64,000 bases of DNA from positions 8,990-72,989 of the forward strand of contig JAFMIR010000016.1 in the NCBI GenBank assembly GCA_017853885.1, read 5' to 3'. The stretch comes from Prosthecobacter sp. (GTDB lineage Bacteria > Verrucomicrobiota > Verrucomicrobiia > Verrucomicrobiales > Verrucomicrobiaceae). The position numbers were made by a program, and so were the translations under genes. The notes under the pieces were generated by a model. That model did no database searches and was not told where the DNA came from. It saw only the letters and a list, made by a program, of their open reading frames with translations. Positions 8,414-17,846 of the stretch are shown in pieces (position 1 is the first letter of the stretch; every line of letters starts with the position of its first letter).

Positions 8414-9940
8414 TCATTGGCCAAACTGCTTCTCGAAAAGAGTCTTGAAGGGGTTTTCAGAAGCAAGTGGGGCTTTTTCGTTCACCAGCATGGGCTGCAC
8501 GCTCTCCCACCACGCATCATAGGCGGCTGCGAGTTCTTGGACGACATCGGGATGGGCCGCTGCCACATCTGTCTGCTCGCCAGGATCAGCCTCAATGTCG
8601 AAAAGCTGCCACGAGACATTCAGAGGCTCGGGACCGGCTTTGACGATCGCATTCTTCATGGGTTCGGCGGGAGCTTTCGGAGCCGTTTTTTTGGCTTTCG
8701 CCTTACCTTTGGCTGCTTTGGGCGCAGCCCCACTGGCGTTCACCAGATGCCAGCGTTGGGTTCGGATGCTGCATTGCGTGAACTTGTACTTTTGAGGATC
8801 CGCATCCTTGGGCCAACGGCCGACGTGGGTGAAGAGTCGGCGGTCCGCCCACTCCGCTGCTGGGTTTTCGAGCAGAGGCACCAAGCTGCGGCCCTCCACC
8901 TGCCTCTGGAGTTCGTCGGTGATTGGTGCGCCGGCGAGCTCCGCCAGAGTGGGGAAGAAGTCCACATGGGCGGTTAGTTTCGTCACCGGTGCAGGCGAAA
9001 GGGTGCCCGGCCAACGCCACAAGCTGCTCGCCTTGATGCCACCCATCCACGGAGACCCCTTCTGTGAACGAAGACCCGCATTGAAGACCTTGGTGCCTGC
9101 GGTGCCCCCATTGTCATTGATGAAAATGACCAATGTGTCCTTCTCGATGCCCCACTCCTTGAGCTTTTCCAGCAGGCGGCCGAGGTTTTGATCGATGTTG
9201 TGGAGCATGCCGAAGAAGTTTTGCACGTCTTCGCCCTCGACTTTGCCTTCGAAGAGCTTCTTGTCCTCCGGCCGGGCGATATAAGGTCCGTGCGGGGCGT
9301 TGGTGGCGAGGTGGCAGTAAAAGGGCTGCTTTCCCTTGACGCTCTCGATCCACTTCGCGGCCTGGGAGAAAAAGACATCGGTACAGTAACCCTGGGTCTT
9401 CTCAAAGATGCCATTGTGCAGAATGGCAGGGTCGAAATATTGGTTGCCAGGAGCATCGCCGCAGGAGCCAGGGAAGGTCTGGCCGATCCCACCTGCCCCA
9501 TGGATAAACATTTCATCAAATCCGCGGGCACTGGGCCAATACTCCGGCTCATCGCCGAGATGCCATTTGCCAAAGATACCCGTCGTGTAACCCGCGGATT
9601 TTAGAACTTGGGCCAGCGTGGTGGCCTTAGGCGTGAGGCGTTCACGTTCCAGAATGGTGTGGGTGATCCCGTTTTTGAACTCGTGGCGGCCCGTGAGCAG
9701 GGCTGAGCGAGTGGGAGAGCAGGTGGGGCTGACGCAGAAATCCTCGAAGCGCACCCCCTCCGCGTTCAGGCGGTCGAGGTTCGGGGTTTTCAGGATGGGA
9801 TTCCCATGGGAGGAAAGGTCGCCGTAACCTTGGTCATCGGTCAGTAGGAAGAGGATGTTCGGCTTTTTGCCCGCTATTCCTGCGGCGAAGAGGCTGCTGC
9901 AGTGGCAAAAGAGAGCGAGAAAGAGGGCGGCGCGAATCAT
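8414..9940 (-). CDS. Arylsulfatase (formylglycine-dependent)
   Basis: TDDQGYGD, CSPTRSALLTGR (CxPxR) and GKWHLG motifs; signal peptide. Confidence 0.95.
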   Translation of the reverse strand: MIRAALFLALFCHCSSLFAAGIAGKKPNILFLLTDDQGYGDLSSHGNPILKTPNLDRLNAEGVRFEDFCVSPTCSPTRSALLTGRHEFKNGITHTILERERLTPKATTLAQVLKSAGYTTGIFGKWHLGDEPEYWPSARGFDEMFIHGAGGIGQTFPGSCGDAPGNQYFDPAILHNGIFEKTQGYCTDVFFSQAAKWIESVKGKQPFYCHLATNAPHGPYIARPEDKKLFEGKVEGEDVQNFFGMLHNIDQNLGRLLEKLKEWGIEKDTLVIFINDNGGTAGTKVFNAGLRSQKGSPWMGGIKASSLWRWPGTLSPAPVTKLTAHVDFFPTLAELAGAPITDELQRQVEGRSLVPLLENPAAEWADRRLFTHVGRWPKDADPQKYKFTQCSIRTQRWHLVNASGAAPKAAKGKAKAKKTAPKAPAEPMKNAIVKAGPEPLNVSWQLFDIEADPGEQTDVAAAHPDVVQELAAAYDAWWESVQPMLVNEKAPLASENPFKTLFEKQFGQ

Positions 9941-9995
9941 GTGATGCGCTCAAACGCAGCGCTTGGACAGGCTTTACCTCAAATTTTTAAAAAAG

Positions 9996-10087
9996 TGCCA
10001 GGGAACCGCAGCATGATCAGACAGGCTGCCGTTGCTTCCTTCCGGACCTGGCGGGGTTCGCAAGCTGAACATCCACGGTCCCTGACA
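9996..10087 (-). ncRNA. ffs: Signal recognition particle RNA (4.5S, small bacterial SRP)
   Basis: The reverse strand reads TGTCAGGGA...GCGAACCCCGCCAGGTCCGGAAGGAAGCAACGG...TCCCTGGCA. It has the conserved domain-IV CAGGUCCGGAAGGAAGCA motif, complementary 5'/3' ends and a following T-run. Confidence 0.9.
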
Positions 10088-10260
10088 TCCGCAGCCCTAA
10101 AACGGGGGCAGAGCGCATACAAGCACGATTCTCGATGGATTTCCACTCCAAGGCAGTCGGGTCGGCTTTGGGGTAGGAAGTTTGCCTCTTTAGAAAAATG
10201 CTGTTGTCGAAAGGACGGCTTTTCGTTAAAACATTCAATTCAATTCCCCCTCATCCCCTC

Positions 10261-11352
10261 ATGGCTTGGAAAATTTTATCTGCCCTCGCTGCTGTCTGCC
10301 TCGCAGGCTCCGCTTTTTTTGCTTGGAAAAACCAAGAGCGCCTCAAAAATGAGCGTGATCGTGAGGAGTATACCAAAAAAAACCTGACCGTGATTCAGGA
10401 TCATAAGAAGGCCGCCGAAGAAGCGAAGACCAAACACATCGCTGCACTCGCCGATGTGAATAAGGAACTCGAGAAAGCCAAGTCAGAGTCCACCGATATC
10501 GCTACCAAAGTGCAGGAGAAGGAGCAGGAACTCGCCCTAGCAAAGACCAACCTTGAAGGCGTGACCAAGGTCGTCAAAGAACTGCAGACAAAGATCGATG
10601 AAGCGGGTGACATCAAAAAGCTGATGGCGACCATCAAGGATCTCGAGGAGAAAAAGAAGGAAGCTGAGGGGGCCCTAGCCAACCAGAACCAGCGCCTCGC
10701 CACCGCCCAAGAGACCGTCAAAAATCTCACCGACAGCGTGAAGGCTGCCGAAGAGCGAGAGGCCCGCGGCCGCAAAGGCATGGTTGAGCCTGATTTCACC
10801 GCAAAAGTGACCCAACCTTTCAATGACTGGGGCTTTGTGGTTCTCAGCAAGGGCAACGGAGGTGGTGTTTTCGCCAACGCCGAACTCGAGGTGAAGCGCG
10901 GCAAAGACGTCATTGGCAAGCTCAAGGTGCGGAATGTTGAGCAGGCCACATCAGTCGCTGACATCGTGCCCGGATCCATCGCCAAAGATCAAACGATTCG
11001 CTCCGGAGATCTCGTGGTCGCCGCGGCGGTGCCTGTCAAGCCCGCGGCCCCTCCTGCACCCACTGCCCCAGCGCCTGCCGCGCCCGGAGCCCCAGCGGCT
11101 GCGCCCCCCTCGGATCCATTTGGTGCGCCGCCCGCAGGTGGCATGGCTCCTGCGGCACCTGCTGCTGCCGCATCCGATCCCTTCGGGGCACCGCCCGCAG
11201 GCGGCATGGCTCCTGCAGCGCCAGCTGCTCCTGCCTCCGATCCCTTTGGCGCAGCACCTACACCTGCCAAGCCTGCCGCCGGCGGAGCTGGCACACCCGC
11301 CTCGCCGAGTACAGCTGACCCCTTTGGCTCAGCTCCTCCAGCCAAACCCTGA
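10261..11352 (+). CDS. Membrane-anchored coiled-coil protein with FlgT-C-like beta domain and Pro/Ala-rich DPFG-repeat tail
   Basis: N-terminal hydrophobic helix, about 170 aa of K/E-rich heptads, then DWGFVV...GKLKVRNV...SVADIVP...IRSGDLV, then a low-complexity tail. Confidence 0.85.
   Translation: MAWKILSALAAVCLAGSAFFAWKNQERLKNERDREEYTKKNLTVIQDHKKAAEEAKTKHIAALADVNKELEKAKSESTDIATKVQEKEQELALAKTNLEGVTKVVKELQTKIDEAGDIKKLMATIKDLEEKKKEAEGALANQNQRLATAQETVKNLTDSVKAAEEREARGRKGMVEPDFTAKVTQPFNDWGFVVLSKGNGGGVFANAELEVKRGKDVIGKLKVRNVEQATSVADIVPGSIAKDQTIRSGDLVVAAAVPVKPAAPPAPTAPAPAAPGAPAAAPPSDPFGAPPAGGMAPAAPAAAASDPFGAPPAGGMAPAAPAAPASDPFGAAPTPAKPAAGGAGTPASPSTADPFGSAPPAKP
11110..11349 (+). repeat. Intragenic tandem repeat encoding four (S/A)DPFG units
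   Basis: Units start at 11110, 11173, 11236 (63-bp period, SDPFGAPPAGGMAPAAPAAxA) and 11314. Confidence 0.85.
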
Positions 11353-11403
11353 TCGGCCTATCATTATCTTTTCGCTCAACCTAACGCCTAGCTTTCTCGG
11401 AAC

Positions 11404-12195
11404 ATGATTAAAGTACTTTTCATCCTTTCCATTCTCATCACTGGGGTGTCTTTGGTTTTTGCTTGTAATATTCGTTCTTCTTTTGTCGAGACGCGCAACA
11501 GCATCGCCCAAATCAACGCGGACATCGCCAACGAGAAAAAAGCGGATGCCGCACTCATCGCCGAATGCGCCCGCCTCTCAGGTGACATTGCTAAAGTCAG
11601 AGGGGATCTCGACGTGGAATCGGAGAAGCTTAAGCAGACCAAAAACCGACTCTTGCTTGCCGAAAACGATGTCAAGCGAGTTCAGGAGGAATTAGAGGCC
11701 AATAACAAGAAGAAGAACGACCTCGACAAGCAACTGACCGATCTTCCTGTTGGGATGAAACCCGAAACCATCGTGCAGGACATCAACAAGATGAAACAGG
11801 GTCAGGCCGAGCTTGAAGCCCAAGCGCTTGCCAAGTCTGAGGAAGTGAAAAAAGAAGAAGGCAAAATTGGGGACATTCAAAAACGCCTCGCTGAGGTCGA
11901 GCGTAAAATCGAAGATCGCCGCAAGCTTTTCGAGCGCAATTCCCTTCAAGCTCGCGTCCTTGCGGTGAATTCAGACTGGGGCTTCGTGGTGATCGATGCT
12001 GGCGTGGCTGCTGGTCTTGAGCAGGACACTAAGCTTTTGGTGACCCGCAACCGCCAGACTGTTGGCAAAATTAGCGTGTTGAGTGTTGAGGGCGGCCGCT
12101 CCGTCGCCAGTATTGTGCCAGATACCGTGCTTGGTAGCATGGGTATCGCTCCGGGTGACAATGTGATCCTTGAAAACCTGACCGCTGGGCAGTGA
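11404..12195 (+). CDS. Membrane-anchored coiled-coil protein with FlgT-C-like beta domain (paralog of the upstream gene)
   Basis: Same layout as the upstream gene. The C-terminus SDWGFVVIDAG...GKISVLSV...SVASIVP...IAPGDNV aligns by eye with it. Confidence 0.85.
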   Translation: MIKVLFILSILITGVSLVFACNIRSSFVETRNSIAQINADIANEKKADAALIAECARLSGDIAKVRGDLDVESEKLKQTKNRLLLAENDVKRVQEELEANNKKKNDLDKQLTDLPVGMKPETIVQDINKMKQGQAELEAQALAKSEEVKKEEGKIGDIQKRLAEVERKIEDRRKLFERNSLQARVLAVNSDWGFVVIDAGVAAGLEQDTKLLVTRNRQTVGKISVLSVEGGRSVASIVPDTVLGSMGIAPGDNVILENLTAGQ

Positions 12196-12223
12196 TTGGC
12201 AAACCTCTTTAAGGAGTGCTGGC

Positions 12224-12418
12224 ATGAAACTCAAACTCTTGCTCTTGACTGTTAGTCTGGCCCTTTTCAGCAGCCTCTCAAGCTGTTCGTCGGAAGCACC
12301 CAAGCGCAAAAAAGTCGTCGGTCCACCCAGCTCTGGAGACAGCAATCTCCCTTGGAATCGCCCAAGGTCTTGGGAGGGCACCGCCCGCTATGGTCCGATG
12401 ATGCCTCAAAGTCGCTGA
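12224..12418 (+). CDS. Small lipoprotein
   Basis: Signal peptide ending LSSC (lipobox), then a short tail with a PWNRPRSWEG motif. Confidence 0.75.
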   Translation: MKLKLLLLTVSLALFSSLSSCSSEAPKRKKVVGPPSSGDSNLPWNRPRSWEGTARYGPMMPQSR

Positions 12419-12477
12419 TTTGGCTCAAAGATACCCGAAGCACAGTCACCAAGTTCGTCTCTTGTGCTGCTTGGTTT

Positions 12478-12879
12478 TCAGCTCGTTTTGCTCAAGACAG
12501 CTTGACCATCGCTCAGTCTCACCACGCGGTAGAAGCAGCTCGCGCGCTTCGTATGGCAGCAGCCACCGCCGCGCTGCTTCACTCGTAGAACCAGCGCATC
12601 CTGATCACAATCGGTGCGGATCTCGACGATCTCCTGAAACTCTCCGCTCGTCGCGCCCTTGTGCCAAAGGGTCTTACGACTGCGGCTCCAGTAAACGGCT
12701 TGGCCCAGTTCCAAAGTCATGCGTAGGGATTCCTCATTCATGTAGGCAAGCATGAGCGGCGCATGGGTGTCTGCGTCCACAGCCATCGCCGCGATCAAAC
12801 CATGCTCATCAAATTTCGGCGCAAACTTTAGGCCTTCTTCGACAGCTTCTTTGGATTCTCGGGGGGCAAACATGTTCAT
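12478..12879 (-). CDS. hisI: Phosphoribosyl-AMP cyclohydrolase
   Basis: YWSRSR, LWHKGATSG and DCDQDAL...CCHT...SCFY motifs. Confidence 0.95.
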   Translation of the reverse strand: MNMFAPRESKEAVEEGLKFAPKFDEHGLIAAMAVDADTHAPLMLAYMNEESLRMTLELGQAVYWSRSRKTLWHKGATSGEFQEIVEIRTDCDQDALVLRVKQRGGGCCHTKRASCFYRVVRLSDGQAVLSKTS

Positions 12880-13024
12880 GGAGAAAGCATGCTAGCGGCC
12901 TAGCCCCGGAATGCAAACGACGCTCAATCGAGATAGATCGCATAGACCGATTCTCTTTGGAGAAACGAATCAGCATGAGCAAAGCGGGTGGCTGGTTCAC
13001 TTATCGCGAGATAAGCTAGTCCAC

Positions 13025-14071
13025 ATGCTTATCGATTCCCCCGAAGACCCTTTTCGCCATGGAGGTCCACTTGGTCGAGCACGCTTCAAGGTGCACCCGG
13101 AAGACTTCGTGGTGGAGGAATGGCTTGGCTTCGAACCTTCTGGCGTGGGCGAGCACTGCCTCGTCTGGGTGGAAAAGAGCGATATGGACAGCAACACGGC
13201 CGGTGCGCGTCTTGCAGATGCGCTCGGCCTGCGTCGCAGGCTCGTCAGTCATTGCGGCCTCAAAGATCGCCACGCCGTGACGCGTCAGTGGTTCAGCTTA
13301 CATATGCCTGGACAACCTTCGCCCGAGCCTGATGTGCTCGAATCCGAAGGCCTTCGGATTCTGCGCATCACGCGAAACATCCGCAAATTGTGCCGCGGCA
13401 TCCATTACGGCAATCGTTTCATCATCCGGTTGCGTGAGCCCAGTTTCGATTACGACACTGCGTGGCAGCGCTGGCAACAAATCGTCACCGAAGGCGTGCC
13501 AAACCTCTTCGGTGAGCAGCGCTTTGGTCACGAAGGCCGCAATGTCGAAAAAGCGCTCGCCATGTTTCGCGGCGAGTTCACGCCGGGGGATCGTTTGCTG
13601 CGCGGGTTGCTGCTTTCTAGCGTTCGCAGCCATCTTTTCAATGCCGTCATTGCTGAACGCCTACACCGAGGCATCTGGGATCGACCCCTGTCCGGCGAAG
13701 TCTATGGCTTCGCCGATAACGGCACCCTCCTTCTCATTCACAACCAGCGTGGCGATGAAGCCCAACGCTTCGCCGAAGGCAAAGTCGAGCTCACCGCGCC
13801 TCTTTGGGGCTCTGGCGAGCTTCACACGGCCGATGAAGTGCGCGCTCTGGAAAGAGAGATCGCACGGCGTTTCCCCGAACACACCGCAGGCCTCGAAGCC
13901 GCCGGATTACGACAGGAACGCCGCATCATGCGTCTGCGCCCGATGAATCCCTCCGTCATTGCCCTGCCAGACGGCGATTTGGAGTTCCGTTTCGATCTGC
14001 CCCGTGGGGCCTATGCCACCACCGTGCTGCGCGAGCTCGCGGAGCTGATCGAACCTCAACGTGGCTCGTAA
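13025..14071 (+). CDS. truD: tRNA pseudouridine(13) synthase
   Basis: FKVHPEDFVVEE, GEHC, CGLKDRHAVTRQWFS, GNRFIIRLR, PNLFGEQRFG and FDLPRGAYATTVLRE motifs. Confidence 0.95.
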   Translation: MLIDSPEDPFRHGGPLGRARFKVHPEDFVVEEWLGFEPSGVGEHCLVWVEKSDMDSNTAGARLADALGLRRRLVSHCGLKDRHAVTRQWFSLHMPGQPSPEPDVLESEGLRILRITRNIRKLCRGIHYGNRFIIRLREPSFDYDTAWQRWQQIVTEGVPNLFGEQRFGHEGRNVEKALAMFRGEFTPGDRLLRGLLLSSVRSHLFNAVIAERLHRGIWDRPLSGEVYGFADNGTLLLIHNQRGDEAQRFAEGKVELTAPLWGSGELHTADEVRALEREIARRFPEHTAGLEAAGLRQERRIMRLRPMNPSVIALPDGDLEFRFDLPRGAYATTVLRELAELIEPQRGS

Positions 14072-15204
14072 TCCTTTGGCACCAGTTTCATCAACGCTGC
14101 CACATCTGCGCCTGCAGAGGCATTTTCAATCTTTAGCTCGCCCCGTGCGTCAAAAGTGAAATGTTCCATCGTGAATCGCCTCGCGCGAAGCAAGGCTGTT
14201 TTGGCAATGAGGCCCTTTCTCGGCTCCACAAGCCTGCGGAAAAGCACGTTGTCGATTTCGAGCTCGCAGTACTTGTCCTCGCGACCGGTCACCGTGAAGG
14301 GATTCTGCGCTTTCGAGAAGATCACGGCATTCGTGAGCTTGTAGCGGCCATCATCGAGGAAGAACAAGTCGTAGCCGATACAGTCCGCGATGAAAACGCG
14401 GTTGTAGCTCGTCTTCGCCGCCACCGTGTCGCAGATGCCCGTGCTGTTGCCGATGCTTACAAAGCCGTCCACACGATACTCCGCTGTTTCGTGTGCGCTG
14501 ATGCCGTCGTCACCGCATTCGATCGCGCGGATGTTTTCAAAGACCACGTCACGGCAGTCGCCATGGATGTTGAAGCCGTCATTGTAGGGATGTGTGGCCG
14601 TCAGGTTCTTGATCACGAGGTGCGCATTGTCACCGCTCATCTGCACACCCGCGCTGCGCATCGGTGCAAACACCTTCGCCTTCGCTAGCGACTTCCCAGC
14701 GGCCAGCTTGAGGTAAAACGTGCCGTAAATCGCTTTCGACGGCGGTTTCTGACGGCTCGGGTCGTTCACAAACGTCCATTCGCCCGCTTGCAGTTCCTCC
14801 GGCTTCTTCAGCGGAGCCTGCTTACCCTTCGAGGTGCGCCCCATGTGCTGCATCTTGCCATCAAAAAGGAAAAACCAGCGTCCGATCACCGCATCGCTCA
14901 GCCCCAGCATGAGATCGTCATTCGCAAACAACCCCGGCGAAACCTCGCGCCACTTCGCCGTATCAATTGGATCACTGCCGTCCAGCGTCGCGCCATGCCC
15001 ATCGAGCGTGATCGGCTTCCCCGGTTCGCCCTTCTTGCCGTAAAAGCCCGCGTAATCGCGATACACCTTCGGCTCTAGATGAATCGTGTCGCCCGCCGCA
15101 GCCATCTTGATCGCGTGATGAATTGTCGGTGCTTCTTTGCCGACATGAATGTCACGAGCAACGAGCGGGCATGTGAGAGCAAAAAAAAGAGCGGAGAGCT
15201 TCAT
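14056..15204 (-). CDS. Secreted right-handed parallel beta-helix protein
   Basis: Signal peptide; TIHHAIKMAAAGDTIHL start; NDGFNIHG and DDGISAHE beta-helix repeats. Confidence 0.8.
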   Translation of the reverse strand: MKLSALFFALTCPLVARDIHVGKEAPTIHHAIKMAAAGDTIHLEPKVYRDYAGFYGKKGEPGKPITLDGHGATLDGSDPIDTAKWREVSPGLFANDDLMLGLSDAVIGRWFFLFDGKMQHMGRTSKGKQAPLKKPEELQAGEWTFVNDPSRQKPPSKAIYGTFYLKLAAGKSLAKAKVFAPMRSAGVQMSGDNAHLVIKNLTATHPYNDGFNIHGDCRDVVFENIRAIECGDDGISAHETAEYRVDGFVSIGNSTGICDTVAAKTSYNRVFIADCIGYDLFFLDDGRYKLTNAVIFSKAQNPFTVTGREDKYCELEIDNVLFRRLVEPRKGLIAKTALLRARRFTMEHFTFDARGELKIENASAGADVAALMKLVPKDYEPR

Positions 15205-15218
15205 TCTGGAGGATGCAC

Positions 15219-16772
15219 TCAACGGGAACTTGCTGCGGTTTCATGCGTGTGGCGTGCCTGACGTTGATTGCCGCGCTTTTCGACCGTTTTGCCGGCCAGA
15301 TGGTGGCCGCGAAGGTTCAAGGTCTCACGACTTGGCGTGCGGTGCCAGTCGGTTTCTAGAGTGGTGGCGACGAGATCGCGGTCCAGTTCGGATTCATTGA
15401 CCAAAAAGTCGAACAAAGCCTGCGCGGTGACGTGGAGCGCGATTTGATGCGTGCGGCCGAGTTTGGCGTGCAGCCAGTCGCTGAAGCGCAGGAACTCCGC
15501 GAAGGGCGATTCGGCGTTTTGCCACATCAGCTTGAGCGTGTCGGTGAAATGACCACTGTTGGCAACGATGTCCCAATACCGCGCGAAGCGCCGCATGCGC
15601 TGCATCTGCTCAAACGGAATCTCACGCGTGGAAAGGATCTCGTAGGGCGGGTTCGGCGCGTAGATCATGCGATACTCGTTATCGTGCCGAACGATGGGCG
15701 TACCGCGCAGCCGCTTGAGGATTCCGATTTGGATTTCCTGCGGCCCAAGACGCACGAGGCGGTCAAAGCCACGCCCAAAGCTCTCGATGTCCTCGCCCGG
15801 CAATCCGACGATGAGGTCCGCGTGGATGTGCACGCTCGTCTCCTCGCGTAGGAAGCGGAAGTTGTCCGCGAGCCGGTCCAGATTCTGCCTGCGGCTGATG
15901 TTTTTCGACGTGGCATCATCAAAGGTCTGGATGCCGACCTCAAACTGCACCGCCCCCGCCGGAAACTGGCGAATGAGACCGCGGAGCTGCTCAGGCAGAC
16001 GATCAGGCACCATCTCAAAGTGCAGAAACAGCCCCTCGCGCCAGCGATCGAGGAAGAACTGCAAAATCGCCATGCTCGTCGGCAGGTGGAGATTGAACGT
16101 GCGGTCCACAAACTTGAACTGCTTGGCTCCGCGATCTAACAGGCGCTGCATCGAGGCGAGGAATGCCTCTGTGGGGAACGCTCGCACCGGAATGTCGAGA
16201 GAGGAGAGGCAGAACTCGCAGGTGAAGGGGCATCCACGTGAGGCCTCGACATAGACGACGCGGTTCTTAAGGTCTTCATCCGTGTAGAGCTCGTAGGGCG
16301 AGCTGAGTTGCGCGAGCGGTGGGAGTTCCGAAGTGATCACCTTCGCGAATGACGAATGAGGACCCAATTCAGGCATTTCGTTCTCATCCAGCAGCCCGTG
16401 GCATACTTCAGCAAACTTCAGATCGGCTTCGCCGGTGATCACATGATCCGCAAGAGCCGTGATGGCTTGCTGATCGGTTTCATACGAGACCTCCGGGCCG
16501 CCGAGAATGACCGTGATGTCTGGACGCAGCTTTTTCAGCAGGGCCACGACTTCCGTGGTTTGCTCGACATTCCAAATATAGACGCCGAAGCCGATGATGC
16601 GCGGCTGACGGGCCAGCAGGGCTTCGACGATCTCCAGCGGTTGCTGGTGGATGACGAATTCGAGCATGCAGGCGCGATCACGCAGTTCCTCGAGGTTCGC
16701 CATGAGGTAGCGGAGCCCGAAGGAGGTGTGGATGTATTTCGCGTTGAGCGTGGCGAGGACGATGTCCGGCAT
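15219..16772 (-). CDS. B12-binding domain radical SAM protein (DUF4080-type C-terminus)
   Basis: N-terminal B12-binding domain ([15 protein letters not shown]); [11 protein letters not shown] CxxxCxxC motif; FVDRTFN and [10 protein letters not shown]. Confidence 0.9.
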   Translation of the reverse strand: MPDIVLATLNAKYIHTSFGLRYLMANLEELRDRACMLEFVIHQQPLEIVEALLARQPRIIGFGVYIWNVEQTTEVVALLKKLRPDITVILGGPEVSYETDQQAITALADHVITGEADLKFAEVCHGLLDENEMPELGPHSSFAKVITSELPPLAQLSSPYELYTDEDLKNRVVYVEASRGCPFTCEFCLSSLDIPVRAFPTEAFLASMQRLLDRGAKQFKFVDRTFNLHLPTSMAILQFFLDRWREGLFLHFEMVPDRLPEQLRGLIRQFPAGAVQFEVGIQTFDDATSKNISRRQNLDRLADNFRFLREETSVHIHADLIVGLPGEDIESFGRGFDRLVRLGPQEIQIGILKRLRGTPIVRHDNEYRMIYAPNPPYEILSTREIPFEQMQRMRRFARYWDIVANSGHFTDTLKLMWQNAESPFAEFLRFSDWLHAKLGRTHQIALHVTAQALFDFLVNESELDRDLVATTLETDWHRTPSRETLNLRGHHLAGKTVEKRGNQRQARHTHETAASSR

Positions 16773-16847
16773 GCGCGGGCATAGTGGCGCGTTTCAGCAC
16801 GCGGAGCAAGGGAGCGGCGCAGGGCGTCGTTTGAGCTAAATCGTCTC

Positions 16848-17846
16848 ATGAACACGCGCCGCCACTTTTTTGCCACTGCCGTTGGTGCTGCCGCCGCGCT
16901 TGCGGCTCGCGCGGAGGAGTCTGTGAAGCCGTTTCACTTCCCGAAATGCCAGATCATACCGCAGGCAGACCATTCGGTGCTTTTTGAGGTCGCGGGCCAG
17001 GAGACGACGCGATGGCATTTCGCGTCGGATCATCCGCGGCCCTGCTTTTTTCCGCTGAATGGGCCCTCGGGCCTAGCCTTGACGCGCATGGGGCATCCAG
17101 GGGCGCCGAATCACGATCATCATCAGTCCGTTTGGTTCGCGCACAACGACGTGAACGGCTGCACCTACTGGGCGAACAAGCCTGACGGAGGCCGCATTCG
17201 CCAGAAGGAATGGCTTTGCTACGAGGACAGCGATGAGCACGCGATCATGGCCGTGAGCCTCGGCTGGTATTATGGCAAAACGCAGCGCGAGGTGATGGAT
17301 CACACGCTCATCGCCATTCAGCGCCCCGGCGAGCACGGCGAACATACGCTGGAGATGCAAAGCACCTTCAAAGCCGTGAATGAGCCGGTGCAACTCGGCA
17401 AAACGAACTTCGGATTCCTAGCGGTGCGTGTCGCGAAGTCGCTCTCCGTGCATTTTGGCGGCGGGAAGCTCACCGACAGTGAAAGCCGCGTGGGTGAGTC
17501 GGACATCTTTGGCAAACAAGCGGCGTGGATGGACTACAGCGGCCCCGTGAAAGAAGACGTGACCGAAGGCATCACCTTTTTCGATCATCCCGCGAACCCG
17601 CGCCACCCGACGCATTGGCACGTCCGCTCCGATGGCTGGATGGGCGCGGCTTTTTGCCTGAGCGAAGGCCACACGATTACACCCGATGCACCACTACGTC
17701 TGCGTTACCTACTTCATGCACATCGTGGCCCGGTGGATGCCTCACGCGCCGCGAAGATGCTCGCCGAGTTCGCGAAGTGGCCGCTGCGCGAGGTCGTGAA
17801 GGGCACGAAGCCGCATCATCAGTTTGAGACGAGGATCGTGCCATGA
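16848..17846 (+). CDS. DUF6807 / PmoA-like family protein with Tat signal
   Basis: MNTRRHFF Tat motif; HDHHQSVWFAH, FGFLAVRV, WMDYSG, DHPANP...WHVR and LRLRY family motifs. Confidence 0.8.
   Translation: MNTRRHFFATAVGAAAALAARAEESVKPFHFPKCQIIPQADHSVLFEVAGQETTRWHFASDHPRPCFFPLNGPSGLALTRMGHPGAPNHDHHQSVWFAHNDVNGCTYWANKPDGGRIRQKEWLCYEDSDEHAIMAVSLGWYYGKTQREVMDHTLIAIQRPGEHGEHTLEMQSTFKAVNEPVQLGKTNFGFLAVRVAKSLSVHFGGGKLTDSESRVGESDIFGKQAAWMDYSGPVKEDVTEGITFFDHPANPRHPTHWHVRSDGWMGAAFCLSEGHTITPDAPLRLRYLLHAHRGPVDASRAAKMLAEFAKWPLREVVKGTKPHHQFETRIVP

Noticed and set aside
11110-11349. 63-bp periodic repeats as a CRISPR array
   Set aside because: They are in-frame coding repeats with synonymous divergence, no unique spacers and no cas genes.
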